Origin: Alphaproteobacteria bacterium
Lineage (GTDB): Bacteria; Pseudomonadota; Alphaproteobacteria; RF32; CAG-239
Assembly: GCA_020025875.1 (NCBI GenBank)
Contig: JAHHRI010000001.1
Location: 9,979-73,978 of the forward strand
Direction of reading: 5' to 3'
Length of the DNA stretch: 64,000 bases
The notes below the pieces were generated by a model that saw nothing but the letters and a program-made list of their open reading frames with translations, was not told the origin of the DNA and did no database searches. This document shows positions 55,955 to 64,000 of the stretch, one piece after another. The position numbers and the translations under genes were made by a program. How positions within the stretch are numbered: position 1 is the first letter of the stretch; the number at the start of each line of letters is the position of its first letter.

Positions 55955-57040
55955 ATGCAAAAAACCAATTCTGCAAACATTTCCGTTTCCGGCAAATCAA
56001 ACAAGTTTTTCTGGCTGACACTTTTTGCCTGCTTTTGCGCCTTTGTCTACATTTTGCGCTCGGTTTTGTTGCCGTTTGTTGCCGGCATCATCATCGGCTA
56101 TCTGCTCGATCCTCTGGTCGACAGATTCGCCCGACTAAAAATCGGACGCACATGGTCAACCATTTTGGTCTTAAGTTTGGTCGTGCTGATTATTGTTCCC
56201 GCCATGGTGCTGTTGGTAAATGTGATAGACAGCCAGCTGAGCGTGTTCATCAGCGTTATCCCCAACTATGTTTCCTCGCTTTTGAAAAAAGCCGAACCGC
56301 TGCTGGTTGATCTTAAAGACTTGTTCCCCGCGCTTGATGCCAACAAAATCCGCAGTTATATGCACGATAACATGGCAAACAACTTAAAAATATTGGGAAA
56401 AATTTTGCGCAGCCTCATTTCCGGCGGCATGGCCATCGTCAACCTAATATCTTTGCTCCTGATCACCCCCGTTGTTGCTTTTTATATGCTTCGCGACTGG
56501 GACAAGTTTATTGCCAAAGTTCGCAGCCTGCTGCCAAGAAAGTCGAAAAAATCGATTGAACAGCAGGCGCGAGAAATTGATCGCACGTTGGCAGGGTTTA
56601 TCCGCGGGCAACTGAGTGTTTGCGTTATCCTCGGCAGTTTCTATGCCATTGGTCTGCACTTGGCAGGGCTGGATTTGGGCTTGCTGGTCGGTTTTCTGGC
56701 AGGGATCATCTCCTTTATTCCCTATGTCGGCACTATCTCCGGCTTCATTATCAGCATGGCTCTGGCCTTTGCCCAATTTGACAGCATGATCCCCATTTTC
56801 GGAGTGGCCGGCATTTTTATGGTCGGGCAATTTATGGAAGGCAATTTCCTTACCCCGAAGCTGGTCGGCGACAATGTCGGGCTGCACCCCGTGTGGGTAA
56901 TGTTTGCCTTGCTGGCAGGCGGGGTTTTACTGGGCTTCCTCGGACTGATGATTGCCGTTCCCGTGGCAGCCATCATTGGCGTTTTAATCCGCCATGCCAT
57001 CATCAATTATAAGAAAAGCAGCCTTTATCTTGAAGACTGA
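55955..57040 (+). CDS. AI-2E family transporter (PerM/YdiK-like)
   Basis: 361 aa, ~8 TM, typical AI-2E architecture. Confidence 0.75.
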   Translation: MQKTNSANISVSGKSNKFFWLTLFACFCAFVYILRSVLLPFVAGIIIGYLLDPLVDRFARLKIGRTWSTILVLSLVVLIIVPAMVLLVNVIDSQLSVFISVIPNYVSSLLKKAEPLLVDLKDLFPALDANKIRSYMHDNMANNLKILGKILRSLISGGMAIVNLISLLLITPVVAFYMLRDWDKFIAKVRSLLPRKSKKSIEQQAREIDRTLAGFIRGQLSVCVILGSFYAIGLHLAGLDLGLLVGFLAGIISFIPYVGTISGFIISMALAFAQFDSMIPIFGVAGIFMVGQFMEGNFLTPKLVGDNVGLHPVWVMFALLAGGVLLGFLGLMIAVPVAAIIGVLIRHAIINYKKSSLYLED

Positions 57041-57061
57041 CAAACCCTTTTCTTTCAAGCT

Positions 57062-57091
57062 AAAAAGTCGGGCCTGAAGGCCCGACTTTTT
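57062..57091. terminator. Bidirectional rho-independent terminator (gtcgggcc-tgaa-ggcccgac, flanked by A-run and T-run)
   Basis: Read directly. Confidence 0.7.
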
Positions 57092-57456
57092 ATGAATGCC
57101 CAACCGAAAACCACGGGACTATTCAGAGCCGAATGCCAAGCTCTCGTAACAACTCGGCACCGCTCTGCCAAGCCTGCTCAAAAGGCAAGCTTGGCGGCCA
57201 GTTCAGAGAATTGTCAGACAACCTGAGCCATACATACAAAAGCTATAAAAAATAGTCCTTTTGCTCAAAAATATGGTACAATGGTTGTCAAGCCATATTA
57301 TCATGAAAACATCTGTGATAAATGGATTTAACAGCTATCTCCCTTATAGGGAGCCGCTCTTTTGCATAGATAACAAACGACAAGAGGCTTAATAAAAATC
57401 AGGCAATATGTGAAGGACAAACACCGATACCGGTTAATCTCCAAACTTCTCTATAT

Positions 57457-58296
57457 TCAGCGGTTGTTGATATTGTCTTTAACCATTCCGGGAGAAAGCG
57501 GAGCGGACGGCAACTTGCTCACCCGTCGCACTTTTACCGGCTTCGGCAAAGAAACCTTTTCCACTCGTTCTTCAACGCCGCAGTCATAAACTTCCCATTG
57601 TTCGCCGTCTGTTCCCGTCGGCGCTTCGGTGTCGGGTTGATCATCTTGAGGGCGGGTTTCCGCCAAAGGAGCTTCACGAGCTTCGGCAACCTTTTCGGTC
57701 TGCAAAACAAGATCTTCTTTTGTCGGCATCTCAACTCTTGTCAGCTCATCTGCCGCGCTCAAATCCATCGGTTCGTTTTCGTTCATATATGCTGCCGATT
57801 TCATTATTTCTTTGCATTTGAGCATTTCATCACTGACCATTTGGTCAAGAATATCGGCCATCACGGCATCTTTTTCATAAAGATCAAAAACAGCCGTTTC
57901 CATATCGCCGGTCAGATGGATTTTTGTTTCCGGCACAACTTCCATCAGTTTCTCAAAAAAATTAGGTTCTTTTTCCCGCAACGAAAAATGATGAATATCA
58001 AGCTCATCAAAACCGCGGATATCAATATCGTCATTAAACTGCTTAAAGTAGTAGCCCCCTTGTTTATTCTGATAAATAGACAACCCGAACTGATACATAT
58101 ATTCTTTCAGGGCTTCTTCAATCAGCTCTGACCGAGAAAGCAGCTCATCTTCATAATCGTACTCGTCGTCCTCGTCTTCAAGATCCCAGCGGCCATATTT
58201 CAGCTTTTTGTCTTTGATGCGCTTTAGTTTTCTTTCTTTCAAAAGCCGGCGCATTTTAAACAATCGCTCCATTTTCTTTAAAATTGATTCTTCCAT
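57457..58296 (-). CDS. Acidic hypothetical protein (279 aa; EDEDDEYDYEDE tract)
   Basis: Long ORF, compositionally similar to the 19030-20142 protein but not obviously homologous. Confidence 0.45.
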   Translation of the reverse strand: MEESILKKMERLFKMRRLLKERKLKRIKDKKLKYGRWDLEDEDDEYDYEDELLSRSELIEEALKEYMYQFGLSIYQNKQGGYYFKQFNDDIDIRGFDELDIHHFSLREKEPNFFEKLMEVVPETKIHLTGDMETAVFDLYEKDAVMADILDQMVSDEMLKCKEIMKSAAYMNENEPMDLSAADELTRVEMPTKEDLVLQTEKVAEAREAPLAETRPQDDQPDTEAPTGTDGEQWEVYDCGVEERVEKVSLPKPVKVRRVSKLPSAPLSPGMVKDNINNR

Positions 58297-58532
58297 CGGT
58301 CAAAACTCCCTCGAAATGTGCTTTTAATTATAGCATATAAAAAGTAAATTTAAACCTAATTTACAGATTTTTGCCGCCGCCCCGTCGTCTGCTCGACCGC
58401 TTACGATTCCCATTTGTACCGACATGAGCCGATAAACAACAAAAATTGCTGCTTTGCAAAAGATTTTGCTTGCAATTTTTTTTCTTTCGTTATACATACC
58501 TACCAGAATGTATATTTAATTTTGAAAAGAAA

Positions 58533-59153
58533 ATGGCGCGCAAAACCAGAGAAGAAAGCGAAAACACCAAAACCATGATTTTGAAATCTGCTTTGGACTG
58601 TTTTTACGAAAAAGGATTTTCCCGCACAACTTTTGAAGATATTGCCCTGCGCATTAATCTGACAAAAGGCGCGGTTTATTGGCATTTTAAAAACAAAGCG
58701 GAATTGCTGGCCGCATTAATCCGGCAACGTGTTTCCCAAAATCGGGAAGCCATCGGCAACCGCTACATCTCCCCCCGCTCCATCGCCGAACTCCGAGAAT
58801 TTTTCCGCCACGAAGCGGAACACATCGAAAAATCTCCGGAAGTGAGAAAATTTATTTTCTTCACTCAGTTTCAGGTCGAATGGTCGGACGGCATCTTCAA
58901 CCAAGTTCAGGCCCAAACCGGAGAGATACACGATTTTCATTTCAAAAAGGCAAAACAGGCTTTAACAGCCGCCAAGAAAAATGGAGAGATATCTGCCCAA
59001 ACAGACATCCCGATGGTCTGCACCCTCATCGTCGGCATATGGCGCGGTCTGATCAACACATATATATGCAAAGAGGTAACGTTCGATCTTTCTCAGGCTT
59101 TTCTGGAGGGATTTGACGCAGTGATTGAAAAAAACCAGAAATTGAAAGGTTAA
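58533..59153 (+). CDS. TetR-family transcriptional regulator
   Basis: Start MARKTREESENTKTMILKSALDCFYEKGFSRTTFEDIALRINLTKGAVYWHFKNK (TetR HTH). Confidence 0.8.
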   Translation: MARKTREESENTKTMILKSALDCFYEKGFSRTTFEDIALRINLTKGAVYWHFKNKAELLAALIRQRVSQNREAIGNRYISPRSIAELREFFRHEAEHIEKSPEVRKFIFFTQFQVEWSDGIFNQVQAQTGEIHDFHFKKAKQALTAAKKNGEISAQTDIPMVCTLIVGIWRGLINTYICKEVTFDLSQAFLEGFDAVIEKNQKLKG

Positions 59154-59157
59154 AAAA

Positions 59158-60324
59158 ATGAAAGTTGGAAAAATGAGCAATCGCAAAATATTAAGACAAG
59201 TGATTGTCTTATGCTCCGGTGTGGCGGTCGGTTGGTTTTTAAATACCAAACTCAACCCTCACATGACAATGCCGATGTCGGGCAGCGGCAGTATGCCGTT
59301 CGTACTGGTGGAAGAAGCGCAATTACAAGATATTACGCCTTCCAAAAAATTTATCGGTCATGTAGAAGCCATCAACGAGGTCAACATCCAACCCCAAGTC
59401 AGCGGATATTTGGAAAAAGTGCTGTTTAACGAAGGCTCCGCAGTTAACAAAGGCGACATTTTGTTTGTTATCGAACAGCAAAAATACATTGCGACCGTAG
59501 ACTTGCGCAAAGCGGAACTCGACAAAGCCAAAGCGAGCTTTACCCAACTGGAAAAAGAATACAAACGGCAAAAGTCCCTCAACCAACAAAAATTCGCATC
59601 CGAATCCAAACTGGACGAAGCCTATTCCAATATGTTGCAGGCTCAGGCCTCCGTCAAACAGGCGGAAGCCAACTACGAATTGGCAAAAATAGATCTTGAA
59701 CACACCGAAATTCGCTCGCCGATCAACGGCTATATCGGCAAAGCCATGATCACCGCCGGCAACTATGTCAGCACGTCGAGCGGCACGCTGGCCAACATTG
59801 TGCAAACCGATCCGGTACGCATTGTCTTTTCCGTCACCGACAAAGAAATGCCCGACTTAAAGCAGACTTACGACCAAGAAGGCAGCGAAACTTACAGCAA
59901 GATTATCCTAGCCAACAACAAGGTTATCAAAAAACCGCTGCTTTCCCGTTTTAACGACAACTCAATCAACACCGGAACCGCCACAATGTCCATTTATTCT
60001 GAGTTTGAAAACAAAGACGGCACACTGATCCCCGGCGGCTATGTCGACATTATGATCGGCTCAGGCCCCGAAAAAAATGCCGTAACCGTTTCTCAGGCAG
60101 CCTTGGCACAAGACGAACACGGCAGCTATGTTATGATTGTTAATCAAAATAACGTGGTTGAACAAAGACGTATTGTTTTGGGGAGCATTTCAAACGACAG
60201 ACAGATTGTAACCTCCGGGCTGAAAGCCGGCGAAAAAGTCATCATTCAGGGACTGCAAAAAGTTGCCAACGGCAAAAAAGTGCGGATCGGAATGATAAAC
60301 GAACAAACTGCGGAAGGAAAATAA
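59158..60324 (+). CDS. RND efflux membrane fusion protein (AcrA/MexA-like)
   Basis: Signal/lipobox region, coiled-coil hairpin, beta-barrel and MP domains; 388 aa. Confidence 0.8.
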   Translation: MKVGKMSNRKILRQVIVLCSGVAVGWFLNTKLNPHMTMPMSGSGSMPFVLVEEAQLQDITPSKKFIGHVEAINEVNIQPQVSGYLEKVLFNEGSAVNKGDILFVIEQQKYIATVDLRKAELDKAKASFTQLEKEYKRQKSLNQQKFASESKLDEAYSNMLQAQASVKQAEANYELAKIDLEHTEIRSPINGYIGKAMITAGNYVSTSSGTLANIVQTDPVRIVFSVTDKEMPDLKQTYDQEGSETYSKIILANNKVIKKPLLSRFNDNSINTGTATMSIYSEFENKDGTLIPGGYVDIMIGSGPEKNAVTVSQAALAQDEHGSYVMIVNQNNVVEQRRIVLGSISNDRQIVTSGLKAGEKVIIQGLQKVANGKKVRIGMINEQTAEGK

Positions 60325-60327
60325 TTT

Positions 60328-63300
60328 ATGTTTTCAAGGATTTTTATTGAACGACCACGGTTTGCGATGGTTATTTCGATTGTGCTGACACTTGCCGGCG
60401 CAATCGCCGTTTTTTCACTTCCAATTACTCTTTATCCGGAAATTACACCGCCAACCATCAGAGTTGCAGCCACTTATCCGGGGGCAAACGCCGAGGTTAT
60501 CGCAAACACGGTGGGCATTCCGTTGGAAGAAACCATCAATGGCGTGGAAGATATGCTTTATATGGATTCGTCCTCAGATGCCACCGGACGCTACAGCCTA
60601 ACCATTACATTCAAAGTAGGCACCGACCCCGATATGGCACAGGTCAAAGTGCAAAATCGTGTTTCTCAGGCATTGAGCAAACTGCCGTCGGAAGTCCAGC
60701 AACAAGGGATTACCGTCAGCCGGCGTTCTTCCGATCAGCTGGGTTTTCTGACCGCTCGTTCCCCTAAAGGCACTCACGACACTTTGTTCCTGAGCAACTA
60801 TGTGCAAAACAACATAAAGAAAAACTTAATCAAGGTGGACGGTGTCGGAGAAATTAACGTCTATGCTCCGCCGCTGTCCATGCGCGTATGGCTGGACGCC
60901 AACAAAATAACCGCGCTCAATTTGCCCGTTTCCGCCATTAAGGCAGCAATCGGCAGCCAAAACATTCAGCCCTCTTTGGGCAAAGTCGGCTCCATGCCGG
61001 GGGATGGTTCACAACAAATGGTCTATGCCCTGCTTAGCAGCGGACGCCTCAACGATGTTGAAGAATTTAAACAAATTATCGTGCGCACCGATGAAGAAGG
61101 CGGGCTGGTACGTTTAGGAGATGTCGCCAAAATTGAGATTGGCCAAGAGGATTATAACTCGGAAGCCCGCTTTGACGGCGCGCCCTCCGTCGCCATCGCC
61201 GTCAATATGCTCTCCGGCGCCAACGCCATCAATGCCATGGCCAACCTGCGTGCGGAAATGGCGCGTTTGGAGCAATTCTATCCGGACGATGTCGAAATTT
61301 TTATTGCATACGATGCCACCGAGTACATCACGTCTTCGATTGAAGAAGTCATCTTTACTCTGATTTTGACCTTTATCTTGGTTGTTGCCGTTTGTTACCT
61401 GTTTTTGCAAGACTGGCGAGCCGTGTTGGTTCCGACACTCACCATTCCGGTATCCATCTTTGCCACTTTTGCCGTGCTGCTGGCACTGGGCTATAGCTTA
61501 AACACCCTAACCTTGTTTGGGTTGGTTCTGGCTATCGGTCTGGTGGTAGACGATGCGATCGTTGTGGTAGAACGTGTTTTGTTCCTGATGGAAAACGAAA
61601 AGCTGGCACCCAAACAAGCCACAATCAAAGCCATGGAACAAGTATCGGGAGCCATTGTCGCCACCACTTTGGTACTGTTGGCCATTTTCGTGCCGATCGG
61701 CTTTATCGGCGGCATCACCGGCAAAATCTATCAGCAGTTTGCGGTAGCCATTTCAACGGCGGTTGCTTTTTCATCGCTCAACGCGCTGACGTTGTCGCCG
61801 GCTTTGTGCGCCACCATGTTGCGACCGCTTAAACCGTTTCAGCACGGCCCGCTGTTTTGGTTCTCGCGCGCCGTTGACAAATCGCGCGACAAATACGCCG
61901 GTATCGTTGCCATTGCCAGCCGCAAGATAAGCGTGATTGCTCTCATATTCGCCCTCATTGTTGCCGGCATTGCCGCACTGCTGCATATTAGCCAAACAAG
62001 CTTCATTCCGAGCGAAGATCAGGGGGCTTTCTTTGCCAACATCCAGCTGCCGGAAGGTGCTTCCCGCGAACGTGCCGATGCTCTGGTCAAAAAAGCCGTT
62101 CCGCTGTTTATGGAAGAAAAAGGAGTCGCTCATGTTATGAACATCACCGGTCAAAGCATCATCGGCGGTTCAGGAGAAAATGTGGGCTTTATCATCGCCA
62201 TACTGGAGCCATGGGCAAAACGTACGGACAAAGAACTGTACTCCACAAATATCCTCAACAGAATTAAAGCCAAGCTGGACGACTTCCCCGAAGCCAACAT
62301 CAATATGTTTGAAATGCCCTCCATTCAGGGGTTGGGCAGCACCAACGGCATGGACTTCCGCCTGCAAGCGCTCGATTCGCCTGATCCCAAAAAGCTAGAT
62401 GCCGCTTTACAGGGTTTTCTTGGCCGTCTGAACAGATCGCCTTATGTATCTTATGCCTTTTCAACATATAATGCGACCACGCCGCATATCTTTGTTGACA
62501 TTGATCGCGCCAAAGCAGAATCAATGAAAGTCACAACCGGCGACATCTACGGCACTTTGGGACAATACCTCGGCTCCTCTTACATCAACAATGTAAACTT
62601 CGGAACTCAGGTTAACAAAGTGATCATTCAGGCCGACTGGCCATACCGCCAAGGTGTGAACAACATCAGCAGCCTGTATGTCCAAAACAGTCTGGGCGAA
62701 ATGGTTCCTTTGGGCGGCATGGTCAACTTAAGCAAAGTTTTGGCACCCAGCACCATCAACCGCTACAATCAGTATCCGGCAGCTTCCATCAATATTGTCG
62801 GCAACCATGCTTACAGTACCGGCGAAGCCATGAACGCCATCGAACAATTAGCAAAAGTTGCTCTGCCGAAGGGTTACAGCTACGAGTGGTCGGGCATGAG
62901 CTATCAGGAAAAAGCCAACCAAGGCCAGATCGGCTATCTGATTGTGCTGGCGCTGACCTTTGCTTATCTGTTCTTGGTTGCGCAATATGAAAGCTGGAGT
63001 ACGCCGATTCCGGTTCTGGCCTCGGTTTCCGTTGCCATGGTCGGCGCCCTGTTGGGGCTGTTCATTCATGGTTTGCCGCTTAGCATTTATGCCCAGTTGG
63101 GATTGATTCTGCTGGTCGGACTGGCTGCCAAGAACTCCATTCTGATCGTTGAGTTTGCCAAGGAAGAACGAGAAAAAGGCACGTCCATCAACAAAGCGGC
63201 AATGATCGGTCTGAAAGAACGCTTCCGCGCCGTGTTGATGACGGCTTTCACCTTCATCCTCGGCACTTTGCCGATGGTAGTCGCCACCGGTGCCGGTGCT

Positions 63301-63459
63301 AACAGCCGAATCGCAATCGGCGTACCGGTATTCTACGGTATGTTGGTCGGCACGATGATCGGTCTGATTATCATCCCGATGCTTTATGTTCTGTTCCAGA
63401 CGCTGACAGAGATGGTCAGCGGTCAGCCCAAAGCTGAACAGAACGACAAACAGAGCTAA
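60328..63459 (+). CDS. RND multidrug efflux permease (AcrB/MexB-like)
   Basis: 1043 aa, 12 TM with two large periplasmic loops, start [10 protein letters not shown]…. Confidence 0.9.
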   Translation: MFSRIFIERPRFAMVISIVLTLAGAIAVFSLPITLYPEITPPTIRVAATYPGANAEVIANTVGIPLEETINGVEDMLYMDSSSDATGRYSLTITFKVGTDPDMAQVKVQNRVSQALSKLPSEVQQQGITVSRRSSDQLGFLTARSPKGTHDTLFLSNYVQNNIKKNLIKVDGVGEINVYAPPLSMRVWLDANKITALNLPVSAIKAAIGSQNIQPSLGKVGSMPGDGSQQMVYALLSSGRLNDVEEFKQIIVRTDEEGGLVRLGDVAKIEIGQEDYNSEARFDGAPSVAIAVNMLSGANAINAMANLRAEMARLEQFYPDDVEIFIAYDATEYITSSIEEVIFTLILTFILVVAVCYLFLQDWRAVLVPTLTIPVSIFATFAVLLALGYSLNTLTLFGLVLAIGLVVDDAIVVVERVLFLMENEKLAPKQATIKAMEQVSGAIVATTLVLLAIFVPIGFIGGITGKIYQQFAVAISTAVAFSSLNALTLSPALCATMLRPLKPFQHGPLFWFSRAVDKSRDKYAGIVAIASRKISVIALIFALIVAGIAALLHISQTSFIPSEDQGAFFANIQLPEGASRERADALVKKAVPLFMEEKGVAHVMNITGQSIIGGSGENVGFIIAILEPWAKRTDKELYSTNILNRIKAKLDDFPEANINMFEMPSIQGLGSTNGMDFRLQALDSPDPKKLDAALQGFLGRLNRSPYVSYAFSTYNATTPHIFVDIDRAKAESMKVTTGDIYGTLGQYLGSSYINNVNFGTQVNKVIIQADWPYRQGVNNISSLYVQNSLGEMVPLGGMVNLSKVLAPSTINRYNQYPAASINIVGNHAYSTGEAMNAIEQLAKVALPKGYSYEWSGMSYQEKANQGQIGYLIVLALTFAYLFLVAQYESWSTPIPVLASVSVAMVGALLGLFIHGLPLSIYAQLGLILLVGLAAKNSILIVEFAKEEREKGTSINKAAMIGLKERFRAVLMTAFTFILGTLPMVVATGAGANSRIAIGVPVFYGMLVGTMIGLIIIPMLYVLFQTLTEMVSGQPKAEQNDKQS

Positions 63460-63478
63460 GAACCAACCGATAAAAAAT

Positions 63479-63508
63479 GCCGCAATCTCAAAATTGCGGC
63501 GTTTTTTT
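63479..63508 (+). terminator. Rho-independent terminator after the RND pump
   Basis: gccgcaat-ctcaaa-attgcggc followed by TTTTTTT. Confidence 0.7.
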
Positions 63509-63595
63509 GTTGCCTGAAACCGATTTATGTTTCAAACTAAAAACCGAACTGATTTTTATCGACAAGCAAAACCTATTTACGAGAAAGGAAAAAAG

Positions 63596-63988
63596 ATGAA
63601 CAAACTGCTTTATAGCGCATTGATCATTACGGCCCTAACCGGCTGCACGCCCAAAACAGAAATCTGCGGAACATACAACGGACTGCTGCCCGCCGCCGAT
63701 GGCCCGGGGATTGATATGACACTTAAACTAAACGCTAACAATACTTTTGCCAACAAACTGGTTTATGTTGATCGCAAAGGCGGAACTTTTTACGAAAAAG
63801 GCACATACACCCTCAACGGCAACATTATTGAACTGACAACCAAAAACAACATTTCTTATTATAAAAAAGAAAAAAACCAACTTCGTATGCTCGATTACGA
63901 AAAGAAAGAAGTTACCGGAGAACTTGCCGACGACTACATCCTAAAAAAGATAAAAGACTGTGCGGCAACAGATGAAAAGCAAAAATAA
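63596..63988 (+). CDS. Lipoprotein resembling the N-terminal domain of NlpE/CutF
   Basis: Lipobox LTGC, CGTYNGLLPAADGPGIDMTLKLNANNTF… pattern resembling NlpE_N; start at 63596 with SD AAGGA. Confidence 0.45.
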   Translation: MNKLLYSALIITALTGCTPKTEICGTYNGLLPAADGPGIDMTLKLNANNTFANKLVYVDRKGGTFYEKGTYTLNGNIIELTTKNNISYYKKEKNQLRMLDYEKKEVTGELADDYILKKIKDCAATDEKQK

Positions 63989-64000
63989 ACATCAGACTTT

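Overview
This 64 kb window reads as a chromosomal segment of an alphaproteobacterium with Rhizobiales-like gene order. The supporting gene orders are lpxA-lpxI-lpxB, miaB-phoH-ybeY-lnt, metK-trmB, rlpA-dacC-tmk-holB-tatD-MBL, pta-ackA/ndk, and a DUF1150-like gene; the Omp25/Omp31-like small outer-membrane proteins fit the same picture. The taxon assignment is inferred from gene order, not from any search. Most of the window is housekeeping: a UvrD-like helicase, galE/ugd, slt, infA, folD, miaB, lnt, metK, lipid A genes, trkH, tmk, holB, ackA/pta, ndk, and a TetR-regulated RND efflux pump. There are three tRNA genes: Met(CAT), Gln(CTG) and Ser(TGA). The Gln and Ser tRNAs have their 3' ends facing each other across a roughly 6 kb segment (40.4-46.7 kb). 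That segment holds a relocated corC, a large hypothetical gene broken by one in-frame TAG, an Omp25-like OMP, a small serine recombinase, a YqaA-like protein, and the most striking feature: a small minus-strand gene not in the ORF track as such. This gene has a near-consensus sigma70 promoter (TTGACA-17-TATATT with a palindrome in the spacer), an AGGAGG Shine-Dalgarno, a 51-aa product MGKCNNPN(CQCGED)5(CQCGKD)2K encoded by a 7 x 18-bp tandem DNA repeat, and a hairpin terminator. Unit differences in the repeat are all synonymous in the minus frame. Other notable points are a 26/52-bp tandem repeat array at 8.6 kb, CT-rich direct repeats after tRNA-Gln, a TerB-like gene paired with an acidic protein, a tandem pseudo-receiver protein, two UDG-superfamily genes, and a TPR-methyltransferase fusion followed by an RNHCP zinc-finger gene. 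No CRISPR array, rRNA, phage or transposase genes were seen.
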